Origin: a bacterium | GTDB lineage: Bacteria; UBA8248; JACPRG01; G963555815 | NCBI GenBank assembly: GCA_965261595.1 | Contig: CBDHDG010000002.1 | Span: 96,001 to 160,000, forward strand | DNA: 64,000 nucleotides | Direction of reading: 5' to 3' | In this document: in pieces, positions 50,168 to 60,254 of the stretch | Numbering within the stretch: position 1 is the first letter of the stretch | Layout of the letters: each line of letters opens with the position of its first letter | Program-made: the position numbers and the translations under genes | Notes under the pieces: generated by a model | Told to the model about the DNA's origin: nothing | The model's input: only the letters and a program-made list of their open reading frames with translations | The model's database searches: none

Positions 50168-52342
50168 ATGTCAGAAGACTTGGAAAAATCACCAACTGAT
50201 GCGGCGGATGTGGAAGAGACGGCGACGGACCCTTCTCCTTCTGAATCCACACTGGTTGCCGAAGCGAACGATGAAAAGGTCTCTCCGGCCGTTGAATCCG
50301 GAGAATCCGGCGATTCCGTAGCCGAGACTGAACCGGCCGATAAAGCGCCGGAAGACGGCCCGGCCGCCGCGTCCGAGGATTCCGCGCCGCGGGTTCAGAT
50401 GCCGGAAATCCCCGATGACCTGGACTCCCTCGATGAGGAGACCCTCGCGAAGATCTATGAGGCGTCTTTGGAGACGATCAAAGAGGGGCAGGTCATTAAG
50501 GGGACAGTGCTTGCGCTGGATCGGGACCATGTGCTGGTGGACGTAGGTTACAAATCCGAGGGGTCGATTTCCCTGAGTGAGTTCCCCAATCATGGCCGGG
50601 ACATGAAGGTCGGGGACGAGGTGGACGTCTTCCTCGAGACGAAAGAGGACAACGAAGGCCAGATCGTCCTTTCCAAGGAAAAGGCCAACCGCATTAAGGT
50701 CTGGGACAAGATCAGCGAGGCCTACGACCAGAACGAGATGGTGACCGGAACGGTCATCGCCCGGATCAAGGGCGGGCTGACCGTGGATGTGGGCGTGCGG
50801 GCCTTTCTTCCGGGCTCTCAGGTGGACCTTCGTCCCGCTCGGAACCTGGATCAGTATCTCGGCCAATCGCTCGAGATGCGAATCATCAAGTTGAACCGGA
50901 ACCGGGGGAACATCGTCCTCTCTCGCCGCGTGCTGCTGGAAGAAGAGCGGGCGACGCTGAAGACGAAAACCCTGGAGACCCTGGAAGAGGGACAGATGGT
51001 CGAGGGTGTGGTCAAGAACATCACCGACTACGGGGCCTTCATCGATCTCGGCGGATTGGACGGTCTGCTTCACATCACCGACATGTCCTGGGGCCGGGTG
51101 GGGCATCCTTCCGAGATGTTCAAGATCGGCGACACGGTGAAGGTGATGATCTTGAAATTCGACCGGGAGCGGGAGCGGGTGAGCCTCGGCCACAAGCAGA
51201 TTACGCACGACCCCTGGGAGGATGTCGACACCAAATTTCCCGCCGGAACCCGCATCGATGGACGGGTGGTCAGTATCGCCGATTACGGTGCCTTCATCGA
51301 GTTGGAAGAGGGGGTGGAAGGTCTCGTCCACGTGTCGGAGATGACCTGGTCGAGGCGGATGCGTCATCCCTCGAAGATCGTGACGGTGGGCAATACCGTG
51401 GAGGCCGTTGTCCTCAACGTGGACAAGGACAACAAGCGAATCTCCCTGGGCATGAAGCAGACGGGCGAGAACCCCTGGCTGAAGATTCAAGACCGGTATC
51501 CGGTCGGGGCCACGGTCCAAGGGCGGGTCCGCAACATGACCGATTTCGGGGCGTTCCTGGCCCTGGAGGAGGGCATTGACGGCCTGATTCACATCTCCGA
51601 CATGTCCTGGACCCAGCGGATCAGGCACTCTTCGGAAATCCTGAAGAAGGGCCAGGAGGTGGAAGCGGTTGTCCTGAATATCGACATCGAGAACGAAAGG
51701 CTCTCTCTCGGTCTGAAGCAGGCGGGCGAGAACCCCTGGGACAACATCGATGATCACCACCAGGTCGGCAACAACGTTCCCGCGAGCATCGTCAAGGCGG
51801 TCAATTTCGGCGCTTTCGCCGCCCTCGAGGACGGGCTGGAAGGTTTGATTCACATCTCCGAGCTGGCCGAAGGGAAGGTCGAGCGTTCTGAAGACATCGT
51901 GGCCGTGGGCGAAGAGTACATGGTCAAGATCATCAAAATCGACAAGGAGGAGCGCAAGCTCGGCCTCAGCCTCAAGGCGTATATGGACGATCACGGCGAG
52001 CCGGAGGAATGGAAGGAGCGAAGGGCGCGGCGTCTGGAAGCGGAAGCCAGCGGTGTCGTCCAGGAGGACGCCGCCGTCTCGGATTCAGCCAAACCGGAAG
52101 AAGCCGATGACACCGCCGCCGCCGTCCCGGGTAAAGCCAAACCGGAAGAAGCCGGGGACATCAGAGGCGGTGACCCCAAGACGGTGATGGAGGCGGCGAT
52201 GGAGGCGGCGATGGAGGCCGAAGCGGCGCCCGAAGTGAAGGCCGAATCCGACGAAGGCGTCGAGGTGGCGGAAGACGCCGGGGAGGCGGAGGCGCCCGCG
52301 GGCGAACCGCCCGAAGCATCCGAAGAGGAGCCGGTCTCCTAG
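50168..52342 (+). CDS. rpsA: 30S ribosomal protein S1 with acidic N- and C-terminal extensions
   Basis: Six S1 repeats (YGAFIDLGGLDGLLHITDMSW etc.). Confidence 0.96.
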   Translation: MSEDLEKSPTDAADVEETATDPSPSESTLVAEANDEKVSPAVESGESGDSVAETEPADKAPEDGPAAASEDSAPRVQMPEIPDDLDSLDEETLAKIYEASLETIKEGQVIKGTVLALDRDHVLVDVGYKSEGSISLSEFPNHGRDMKVGDEVDVFLETKEDNEGQIVLSKEKANRIKVWDKISEAYDQNEMVTGTVIARIKGGLTVDVGVRAFLPGSQVDLRPARNLDQYLGQSLEMRIIKLNRNRGNIVLSRRVLLEEERATLKTKTLETLEEGQMVEGVVKNITDYGAFIDLGGLDGLLHITDMSWGRVGHPSEMFKIGDTVKVMILKFDRERERVSLGHKQITHDPWEDVDTKFPAGTRIDGRVVSIADYGAFIELEEGVEGLVHVSEMTWSRRMRHPSKIVTVGNTVEAVVLNVDKDNKRISLGMKQTGENPWLKIQDRYPVGATVQGRVRNMTDFGAFLALEEGIDGLIHISDMSWTQRIRHSSEILKKGQEVEAVVLNIDIENERLSLGLKQAGENPWDNIDDHHQVGNNVPASIVKAVNFGAFAALEDGLEGLIHISELAEGKVERSEDIVAVGEEYMVKIIKIDKEERKLGLSLKAYMDDHGEPEEWKERRARRLEAEASGVVQEDAAVSDSAKPEEADDTAAAVPGKAKPEEAGDIRGGDPKTVMEAAMEAAMEAEAAPEVKAESDEGVEVAEDAGEAEAPAGEPPEASEEEPVS

Positions 52343-52373
52343 GCGGTCCTTTTCCTCCCGGAGGATGTGATCG

Positions 52374-53267
52374 ATGGAAGCTCCAGCCCGTTGGAAGAAG
52401 CGCCGGGGCCGGACGGTCATCTGGACCGGAGTCCTCCTTCTCCTGGCGGCGGGCCTGACGATGTTTCTCGCCGGTGAATTCACCGGGGTCCGCTCAGCGA
52501 AGAAGGTGGCCCTGATTCGGATCGAAGGACCGATCCTGACGGGCGGCCGGGTTGTCCGCCTGATCGAGCAATACGGGGAGGATCCCGCCATCCTGGCCCT
52601 GGTTGTCCAGGTGAACAGCCCCGGAGGGGGGGTGGCCGCCTCCCAGGAGATCTACCACGCGCTCCTTCGGTTCCGGAAGCGGGGAAAAGTAGTCTTGACC
52701 TCGATGGAAGGGGTCGGCGCCTCGGGCGGATACTACGTCGCCCTGGCATCGGAGAAGATCTACGCAAACGCTGGAACCATCACGGGAAGCATCGGCGTGA
52801 TCCTTCAGGTGGGGAATATCGAGGGCCTTCTGAAGAAGGTGGGGCTGAAGATCGAGGTGATGAAGAGCGGAGTGCTTAAGGACGTCGGCTCGCCCTTGCG
52901 TCCGATGTCCGCCGGGGACCGGGCGATCCTCCAGCAGGTCATTGACGATGCGTACAAGCAGTTCGTCCGGGCGGTTTCCGTGGGAAGGAAGATGCCGGTG
53001 GAGGCGGTGAGAAAGATCGCCGACGGAAGGATCTTCACGGGCGAGCGCGCCAAGGGGCTGGGCTTGATCGATGAGATCGGGACGCTGGAAGATGCAATCC
53101 GCGAAGCCGGCCGGATGGCCGGCATCAAAGGGCGTCCCCGGGTGCACGAAGAGCGTCGTCGCCTTCGGGGATGGATCGAGCGCTTGTTGCGAAGCATCCG
53201 GCCGGCGGGATGGGTTTCGGACGCCCTGCCCGTCGCGCGGGGGCTTCAGTATATCTGGACGTATTAG
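52374..53267 (+). CDS. sppA: Signal peptide peptidase SppA (36K type)
   Basis: NSPGG, GASGGYY, TGSIGV, DGRIFTG. Confidence 0.92.
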   Translation: MEAPARWKKRRGRTVIWTGVLLLLAAGLTMFLAGEFTGVRSAKKVALIRIEGPILTGGRVVRLIEQYGEDPAILALVVQVNSPGGGVAASQEIYHALLRFRKRGKVVLTSMEGVGASGGYYVALASEKIYANAGTITGSIGVILQVGNIEGLLKKVGLKIEVMKSGVLKDVGSPLRPMSAGDRAILQQVIDDAYKQFVRAVSVGRKMPVEAVRKIADGRIFTGERAKGLGLIDEIGTLEDAIREAGRMAGIKGRPRVHEERRRLRGWIERLLRSIRPAGWVSDALPVARGLQYIWTY

Positions 53268-53364
53268 TCGGGTGGAGGCCCGGACTCGGGTGGGAGTGGG
53301 GAGTCCCGAGATTGCGGCCGCCGCGGGGGAGCGAGGCATGGCGGGAGTCGGGAGGTAAATCGGT

Positions 53365-53706
53365 ATGACAAAGGCGGAGTTGGTGGAGCAAGTCGCCGAA
53401 CAGATAGATCTGACGAAGAAAGAAACCGAGAGAATCGTGAATATCGTCTTCGGCTGCGTGGTCGACGCGCTTCGCCAGAGCGATAAGGTCGAGTTGAGGG
53501 GGTTCGGCAGTTTCCGGGTTCGTCACCGGGAGCCCCGCAACGGGCGAAATCCGAAGACAGGAACGACGGTCCAGATTCCGGCGAAGAAGGTGCCGTTCTT
53601 CAAGGCCGGAAAAGATCTCCGCGAATTGGTCAACGTCGCCCTCGAGCCCTTGGAGCGCGACACGGAGGCGGTTCCGGATCGATCCGTCGCGGAATCCGTT
53701 CCGTGA
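53365..53706 (+). CDS. ihfB: Integration host factor subunit beta
   Basis: MTKAEL, VELRGFGSF, GRNPKTG, PFFKAGKDLRE; follows rpsA-sppA. Confidence 0.88.
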   Translation: MTKAELVEQVAEQIDLTKKETERIVNIVFGCVVDALRQSDKVELRGFGSFRVRHREPRNGRNPKTGTTVQIPAKKVPFFKAGKDLRELVNVALEPLERDTEAVPDRSVAESVP

Positions 53707-54254
53707 GCCCGAACCCGCGGCCCATCGGCCCGGTTTCGCGCGGTGCGTCCGAAGACGCATAGGTTCCGATAGCCCCGTTCGGCATTCATCGTGATTCTTC
53801 TCTCTCCGATTCGCCTCGGCCGGTCCAGGGACCTGTCTCCGGACCGGTGAAGGCGGGGGCGCTTGCGCGCCGGCCGAACCGCGGATGGAGGGGGTCGTGC
53901 TCGTGATAACCTCTCCGGCGCACGGCCCTCCGAAAGTCTATCCCGGATTTCCCGCCAACCATGTACCCAAGGGGCGCCGGGGAGGGGGAGGGGGGGGCGA
54001 TGTTCAAGAGTGGGTCCACCCATTCGCGGGAGCGGTGGAGCGCGAAGAGGGTCGCAAACCCTAAGCCCCAGCCTCCTTGCTACACCGCCATTGAATCCGG
54101 CGCCTCCGTGAATCGCGGGGTGTCCAGGCCGAGCCCTCTCTTTTTTTTCGACAAGTGGTTCTCGCAAAACGAGCCGGCCGGATGAAGGAAAGCCACCCTT
54201 TCCCTTTTGTGAGAAATGCAGGCTGACATCCATCCACTGAAGCGATTCATCGTG

Positions 54255-55271
54255 ATGCCCGAAAAACCGGAGCCCCCCCCCCCCCTGGTCGGCGTCCTGG
54301 GCGCCACCGCGTCGGGAAAGCATGACCTGGCCCTCGCGTTGGCGCGTGAGTTTCCGGTCGAGGTCGTGTCGGTGGACTCGATGAAGGTGTACCGGGGGAT
54401 GGACATCGGGACGGCGAAGCCGAGCCGGGAGCGGCGCCGGGATCCGCCCCATCACATGATCGACCTGGCGGATCCGGATGAACCCTACACGGCCGCGCGA
54501 TTCGGCCGCGAGGCCCGGACGGTTATCGAGGGGATCCGCGCGCGAGGCCGGATTCCTCTGTTGGTGGGCGGCAGCGGGCTTTATTTGCGGGCCGTTCTGG
54601 GGTGGATCTTTCCCGGCCCGGAGGCCGATCCGGCCCTGCGGGACCGGCTTCGCCTGGAAGCCGACTCGGGAGGCGTCGAGCGGCTTCACCAGCGCCTCGC
54701 CGGGGTGGATCCCGAGACCGCCGCCGAAGTGGGATTGAGGGATCTCAAACGGATCGTCCGCGCCCTGGAGGTATACGAGAGGATCGGCGTTCCCATCTCC
54801 CGTCTTCGGGCCGAACACGCGCGGGGGCCTTCGCCGTTCCCGGACCCTCTGCTCCTTTGTCTGCGCTGGAGGCGTGAGGCGCTCTATGACCGGATCGACG
54901 GCCGCGTGAGATCGATGATGCGGGCGGGATGGATAGCGGAGGTTCGCGGCCTGCGCGGAAAGGGATATTCACCGGACCTTCCGGCGTTTCGGGCGCTCGG
55001 CTATGCTACGTTGTGGAAGGTCCTGGAGGGCGGGCTGGGACCCGAGGAAGCCGTCGAGATCATCCAGCGGGGGACCCGGCGGTTTGCCAAGCGTCAGATG
55101 GTCTGGTTCCGCGGGATGCCCGGGATCCAGTGGGTGGACGTTCCGGACTCGGGCCGGCGGGGCTGTGTCTCGGTTGTGTCGGGGCGCATCGCGGAATGCC
55201 TGGCGCGGCGCGGAGGGGATCTGTCGCGGAAGAAGATCTCTTCCTGTTCCGCTTCGGAGAGGGAATGGTGA
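54255..55271 (+). CDS. miaA: tRNA dimethylallyltransferase (start uncertain)
   Basis: GATASGK, VDSMKVYRGMDIGTAKP, VGGSGLY, FAKRQ. Confidence 0.95.
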   Translation: MPEKPEPPPPLVGVLGATASGKHDLALALAREFPVEVVSVDSMKVYRGMDIGTAKPSRERRRDPPHHMIDLADPDEPYTAARFGREARTVIEGIRARGRIPLLVGGSGLYLRAVLGWIFPGPEADPALRDRLRLEADSGGVERLHQRLAGVDPETAAEVGLRDLKRIVRALEVYERIGVPISRLRAEHARGPSPFPDPLLLCLRWRREALYDRIDGRVRSMMRAGWIAEVRGLRGKGYSPDLPAFRALGYATLWKVLEGGLGPEEAVEIIQRGTRRFAKRQMVWFRGMPGIQWVDVPDSGRRGCVSVVSGRIAECLARRGGDLSRKKISSCSASEREW

Positions 55272-55834
55272 ACCTGATCCTGGTGGGCCCGAAGGCGTGC
55301 GGCAAGTCCACCGTCGGCAGGATCGCGGCGCGGTCCCTCGGGGCGTCCTTTCGGGATTCGGACAAAGTTCTGGAGGATGTCCACCGTGAACGGACGGGCG
55401 AACGAAAGACCTTTCGGGAAATCTACCGGGAGCGGGGGGAGGAATACTTCCGGGACCTGGAGCGGGAGGCCCTGGAGCGCTGTCTTCGCGGCGGGGACGG
55501 GGATCGCGTGGTGGCGCTGGGAGGCGGGACGCCCGTCCGCTTCGCGGTCGAGGGATCGATCGAGGGGTCGGGATTCATCGTCTATCTGGACCTCCCGGAG
55601 GAAATCCTCTGGGAGCGGATGAGCCGGCAAGGGCCGCCGGTCTACCTGGACCCGGCGGACCCGCGGGCGGATTTTCGAAGGAGCCTCGAAGAGCGCGGAC
55701 CGGTGTATGAGCGGATCGCGGACATTCGGGTGGATGCGGACGGACGCCCCGAGGCGATCGCGGCGGAGGTGGTCGCCCGATTCAGGGCGCGTCCCGAGAA
55801 AGCGCCGAGCGGGCGGCCGGCGGAGGAGGTGTGA
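55265..55834 (+). CDS. aroK: Shikimate kinase
   Basis: GPKACGKST, DSD, FRDLE, ALGGG, ERGPVY. Confidence 0.88.
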   Translation: MVNLILVGPKACGKSTVGRIAARSLGASFRDSDKVLEDVHRERTGERKTFREIYRERGEEYFRDLEREALERCLRGGDGDRVVALGGGTPVRFAVEGSIEGSGFIVYLDLPEEILWERMSRQGPPVYLDPADPRADFRRSLEERGPVYERIADIRVDADGRPEAIAAEVVARFRARPEKAPSGRPAEEV

Positions 55835-56941
55835 TTGAGCGGAAGCACGTTTGGTGAGCAGTATCGGGTAACAACCTGGGGCGAGTCGCACGGACCGGGC
55901 CTGGGGGCCGTGGTGGATGGTTGTCCGCCCGGAATGGATCTCTCCGCGTCCGACATTCAGCCCGACCTCGACCTGCGCCGGCCGGGACAGAGCCGGGTGA
56001 CCACCCAGCGGAAAGAAAGCGACCGGGTCGAGATTCTTTCCGGGCTGTTCGAGGGAAAGACCACGGGCGCCCCGATCTCAATGGTGTTTCAGAACGAAGA
56101 CGCCGATTCCTCGAAATACGACGAGATTCGGGACCTCTTCCGTCCGGGCCACGCCGACTACACCTATCTCGCCAAGTACGGCCTGCGGGACCATCGGGGC
56201 GGCGGCCGGTCCAGCGCCCGCGAGACGGCCGCCCGGGTCGCGGCCGGGTCCATCGCGCGCCGGTGTCTGGGCTTGCGGGACGTCCGCACCACGGCCTTCA
56301 TCCGCCGGATCGGAGATATGGTCTGGGACCCCCCGGAAGAAACCGCTTCCCTGGACCGCGCGGCGGTGTATCGGAGCATCGTCCGGTGCCCGGATGAGGA
56401 GATCTCGGCGCGGATGGTCGAGGCGATCGACGCTGCCCGGCGGGGCGGCGATTCCCTCGGCGGAATCGTCGAAGCGCGCGCAACGGGCGTTCCGCCGGGG
56501 CTGGGGCGTCCGGTCTTCGACAAGCTGGACGCCGACCTGGCGAAAGCGATGATGAGCATCCACGCCGTCAAGGGCGTGGAGATTGGCGCCGGGTTTCGCG
56601 CCGCCTCGATGACGGGTTTTCAGCACAACGACTCGATGTTCAACGACGGCGGCAAGCTCGGCTTTCGGTCCAACTCGGCCGGGGGCGTCCTGGGGGGGAT
56701 CTCCTCGGGGCAGGACATCGTCGTCCGCATCGCCGTCAAGCCGGCCTCCTCCATCCTGAGGGAGCAGGAGACGGTGGATGTGAATCTGGAGCCTCGGACG
56801 ATCCGCGTCGAAGGGAGGCACGATCCCTGTGTCTGCCCGCGCGCGGTGGTGGTCGCGGAGGCCATGCTGTGCATCGTCCTGCTGGATCACTGGCTGCGCC
56901 GCTTCGGCGAGCGGGGCGGCGCCGAGGGAAGGGCGGTCTGA
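55835..56941 (+). CDS. aroC: Chorismate synthase
   Basis: GESHG, RPGHAD, RSSARET, GRHDPCV. Confidence 0.96.
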   Translation: MSGSTFGEQYRVTTWGESHGPGLGAVVDGCPPGMDLSASDIQPDLDLRRPGQSRVTTQRKESDRVEILSGLFEGKTTGAPISMVFQNEDADSSKYDEIRDLFRPGHADYTYLAKYGLRDHRGGGRSSARETAARVAAGSIARRCLGLRDVRTTAFIRRIGDMVWDPPEETASLDRAAVYRSIVRCPDEEISARMVEAIDAARRGGDSLGGIVEARATGVPPGLGRPVFDKLDADLAKAMMSIHAVKGVEIGAGFRAASMTGFQHNDSMFNDGGKLGFRSNSAGGVLGGISSGQDIVVRIAVKPASSILREQETVDVNLEPRTIRVEGRHDPCVCPRAVVVAEAMLCIVLLDHWLRRFGERGGAEGRAV

Positions 56942-56942
56942 G

Positions 56943-58217
56943 ATGAGGTTGGAGGTCTCGAAATCGGACCTCATGGGGACGGTGGCCATTCCGCCCAGCA
57001 AGTCGCACACCATCCGCGCCGTGGCCCTGGCCGCGCTGGCGGACGGCACGTCGGAAATCCTGAACCCGCTGGAGTCGGAAGACGCCGAGGCGGCGGCCCG
57101 GCTCTACCGGGCGTTGGGCGCGAAGATCCACAAGGAAGAGGGCCGGTGGATCGTAGAGGGGGCGGGGGATCGGCCGGCGGCGCCGGATGACGTCATCGAT
57201 GTCGCCAACTCGGGGACGACTTGCTGGATCGGGATGGGTTCGGCGGCGCTGTGCCGGGGCTACTCCGTCATCACGGGCGATGAGCAGACCCGCGGGCGTC
57301 CGATGGAGTCTCTGTTGAGCGCCCTGACCGACCTGGGGGCGGAGGCGTTCAGCACCAGGGGAAACGGCTGCCTGCCGGCCGTCATCTGCGGCCGGATGAA
57401 GGGGGGGGAGACCACGGTGGAGGGCGTCACCTCCCAGTTCCTCACGAGCCTGTTGATCAACTGTCCGTTGGCCCCCGAGGACACCATCGTCCACGTTTCC
57501 GGATTGCGGGAACGGCCGTACATCGACATGACCCTGCGCTGGCTGGAGAAGCAGGAGGTCATGCCGAAGAACGACAACTATGAGACCTTCACCATCCCCG
57601 GGGGCCGCTCGTATCTCCCCTTCCGGGAGGTGGTCCCGGCGGACTTCTCATCGGCGACGTTTTTCCTGTGCGCGGCGGCCATCACGAATTCGGGGATCAT
57701 GCTCCATGGCCTGGACATGGAAGACACCCAGGGCGACAAGGAGGTCGTGAACTTCTTGATCGACATGGGCGCGGACATCGACATCACGCACAAGGGCGTT
57801 CGGGTCCGGGGCGCGGACCTTCAGGGAAGGGAGCTGGACCTGAGCGACACGCCCGACGCTTTGCCCGCCCTCGCCGTCGTGGGATGCTTCGCCTGGGGGG
57901 AGACCGTCCTGAAGAACGTCGCGCACGCCCGCATCAAGGAAACCGACCGCATCGCGGTCATGGCCGAGAACCTCCGGCGCATGGGGGCGGACATCGAGGA
58001 GCTGTCCGACGGGCTGGTGATCCGGCGGAGCGATCTCCACGGCGCGGCCGTGGACGGCGCCGGGGACCATCGCGTCGTCATGGCCCTGGCCGTCGCGGGC
58101 CTGCGGGCGCGCGGCCTGACGCACATCACCAACGCCGAGGCCGTCAACGTCACCTTCCCCACCTTCCCGGATCTGATGAACGAGCTGGGCGCGAACATGC
58201 GGCTGGTCCGGGGGTAG
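56943..58217 (+). CDS. aroA: EPSP synthase
   Basis: PPSKSH, NSGTT, SQF, RIKETDR, DHRVVM. Confidence 0.93.
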   Translation: MRLEVSKSDLMGTVAIPPSKSHTIRAVALAALADGTSEILNPLESEDAEAAARLYRALGAKIHKEEGRWIVEGAGDRPAAPDDVIDVANSGTTCWIGMGSAALCRGYSVITGDEQTRGRPMESLLSALTDLGAEAFSTRGNGCLPAVICGRMKGGETTVEGVTSQFLTSLLINCPLAPEDTIVHVSGLRERPYIDMTLRWLEKQEVMPKNDNYETFTIPGGRSYLPFREVVPADFSSATFFLCAAAITNSGIMLHGLDMEDTQGDKEVVNFLIDMGADIDITHKGVRVRGADLQGRELDLSDTPDALPALAVVGCFAWGETVLKNVAHARIKETDRIAVMAENLRRMGADIEELSDGLVIRRSDLHGAAVDGAGDHRVVMALAVAGLRARGLTHITNAEAVNVTFPTFPDLMNELGANMRLVRG

Positions 58218-58332
58218 GCGGGGATTTCTCGCCCAACCAGCGACGAAAGGGGGAGGGTGGCGGACCGACTCCCTCAGGGTTGAGGGCCATGCGCCGAGCG
58301 GCCGCTTTGACGCCTGCTCCCTCTTTTCTCCC

Positions 58333-59129
58333 TCACAGCAAATCGTCGAAATCCGATTCCAGCAGGAGCGCGCGGGAGATCTTGTTGTCCACGCAGAAGT
58401 GCTTGACGAGGAAGACCACCTCCAGGACCCCCTTCTCGCTCAGCCCCAGCCGGCGGACCTCCCGCATGTGGAAGTCGATCCCTAATCCGACTTGGCGGTC
58501 ATGGACGCCGCCAGCGCCAGGATCTCCTTGGTGAGGCGGTCGAGCTTTCGGCCCGTGAACGCGGTCTTCACGTAACTCCAGTGGTCGCCCAGGTAGCCGG
58601 GGTCGTTCGCCATCACGCGGTGGACCCCCGGGACGAAATCCATCTCGTAGAAGCCCTTGATGTCGTCGAAGACCTCTTTGACCTTCCCGGCGGCCTTGGC
58701 CTCATCCACCAGGGAAACAAGGGGTTTGCGGATGCCTGGGTCGTTGAAGGGCAGGGGGACCCACACGCCGTCCGCCACAGCGTTGATCCCATGGACGGTC
58801 CCGACCGTGTAGGCCAGCTCGTACCAGATGTCGTCGTCCTTCAGGCCTTGCTGCTTCCCGGCAGCGGTGTGCGAGGCCGTTCAGTAGGGGCAGACGTTGA
58901 TGGCGCTGACCGCCGAGGCGATGAGCTCCTTCGTCGTCCGGGGGAGCGCGCCCGGGGAGAGCGCCCGCCGGGTGCACCGCCCCTGGCCGGCCCGGAACTC
59001 CGGGTAGTGGCTCAGGACACGAACCATCTTCGGGACGAAATCGATGTTGAAGAACTCCTTGACGTGCTGGAACTGCTTTTGCGTCTCTTCGGGAAATTCG
59101 GATTCGTCCCGAATGCGGACGGTCTCCAT
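58333..59129 (-). CDS. Tandem-domain AhpD/CMD-like protein, predicted selenoprotein (CPYU, TGA 58883-58881), with a 1-nt frameshift near 58483
   Basis: GAGGAGG RBS; KELIASAVSAINVCPY-U-TASH reads in frame into ORF 58778-58482; second domain KEILALAASMTAKSD[Y]GIDFH is completed in a shifted frame. Confidence 0.82.
58844..58878 (-). promoter_or_regulatory. SECIS-like hairpin
   Basis: GCTGC-CGGGAA-GCAGC upper stem, GGCCT/AGGCC lower stem, loop 20 nt after the UGA. Confidence 0.65.
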
Positions 59130-59353
59130 GGGTCACCTCCTCAGAGATGGAAAATTCCGGAGAACTCCCGGGCTGTATGGCCTTCAGCCATTCGCCGTGT
59201 GGAACGTTCCCTGGTGCGGCGCCTTGAAAATCGCATTACTTATCGAGACTCGAACTGTCCTTTCGGGCCGGGCAAGGGGTCAACCGACCCGAGGGGTCAA
59301 CCGACCCAAACGCCCGGCCTGCCGGTGGACGGAAAGCCGGGATCTTCAGACAG

Positions 59354-59376
59354 GTAGGGCGGGCATCTTGCCCGCC
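59354..59376 (+). repeat. GTAG-type REP palindrome
   Basis: GTAG-GGCGGGCA-TCT-TGCCCGCC. Confidence 0.6.
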
Positions 59377-59448
59377 TTCTCCGCAATTCGTGAAGGGTCA
59401 GCTTATTTTCGAGACGTACCATGAGCTTCCGGGAACCGCGCCTTGATT

Positions 59449-60168
59449 TCAGCGGGCCGCGGACAAAGACCGGAGCGCTTCAGGCGCCTCCCGGAAATGC
59501 CGGATCAGGACGTCCGGCGCCGCTCTCGCAAGCCGCGCTTCGCTGTTGTAGCTCATGGGCCAATCGACGGCGATCGTCATGACGCCCGTCTTTTGGGCCT
59601 CTCGAATGTCTTTTTCCATGTGCCCCGCGTACGCGCAAGTCTCGATGGGAATTTCATTCTCGGACAGGATATGCAGAATCCCGTGGGCCTTTGTTCTGCC
59701 GATGTGGTCGGGATTGAAGACCGTCGTCCACTCCCGCGCCGCGAGAGAGACGCGGGATTCTGGGAAAAATTTCCCCAACCCCAGACGCTCGATCTCCGCG
59801 CGGACGAATTCTCCTCCTTTCGATGTAATGATGGAGCAGGTCACGCCGTCCCGACGCAACTCTTCGAGCACCTCGGCGGCGCCCTCACACAGCTTCCCCT
59901 TCGGCTCGCCCTTCGTGGCGCGGACCAGCTCCGCCCGCAGCACCTCCCGGTCGTAACCCGGCATGAATTCCGGAATGATGAACTCGTCCAGCGTCCCCTC
60001 GGTGACGTCGCGAAAGTGATCGAACGTGATTTCGCTCAGGCCGTGCAGGACCAGGACCTTATTCGTGATCGAAAACGCGACGCGCACGTCGTCGTAAAGG
60101 ATCCCGGGAAAGCTCAGGATGAGGTGATCGATGGGCCGGGCGGACGCGGCGTCCCGTGATGCCTCCAT
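59449..60168 (-). CDS. HAD-superfamily protein with degenerate catalytic motifs
   Basis: AAGGAG RBS; LILSFPGILYD, EGAAEVLEEL..G..CSIITSK, YAGHMEKDIREA..GV.TIAV. Confidence 0.7.
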   Translation of the reverse strand: MEASRDAASARPIDHLILSFPGILYDDVRVAFSITNKVLVLHGLSEITFDHFRDVTEGTLDEFIIPEFMPGYDREVLRAELVRATKGEPKGKLCEGAAEVLEELRRDGVTCSIITSKGGEFVRAEIERLGLGKFFPESRVSLAAREWTTVFNPDHIGRTKAHGILHILSENEIPIETCAYAGHMEKDIREAQKTGVMTIAVDWPMSYNSEARLARAAPDVLIRHFREAPEALRSLSAAR

Positions 60169-60254
60169 GCTGTCCGCTCCTTTTCGGGACCGATGGGCCC
60201 GGTCTTCTCCGGCCCCGGACCATCGCCGGGAACGGGGCCGCGGTGTGAGGGGGT

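Noticed and set aside
52187..52218. Tandem 12-bp repeat ATGGAGGCGGCG in rpsA
   Set aside because: Short in-frame repeat (MEAA) in a low-complexity acidic tail; not a CRISPR or regulatory array.
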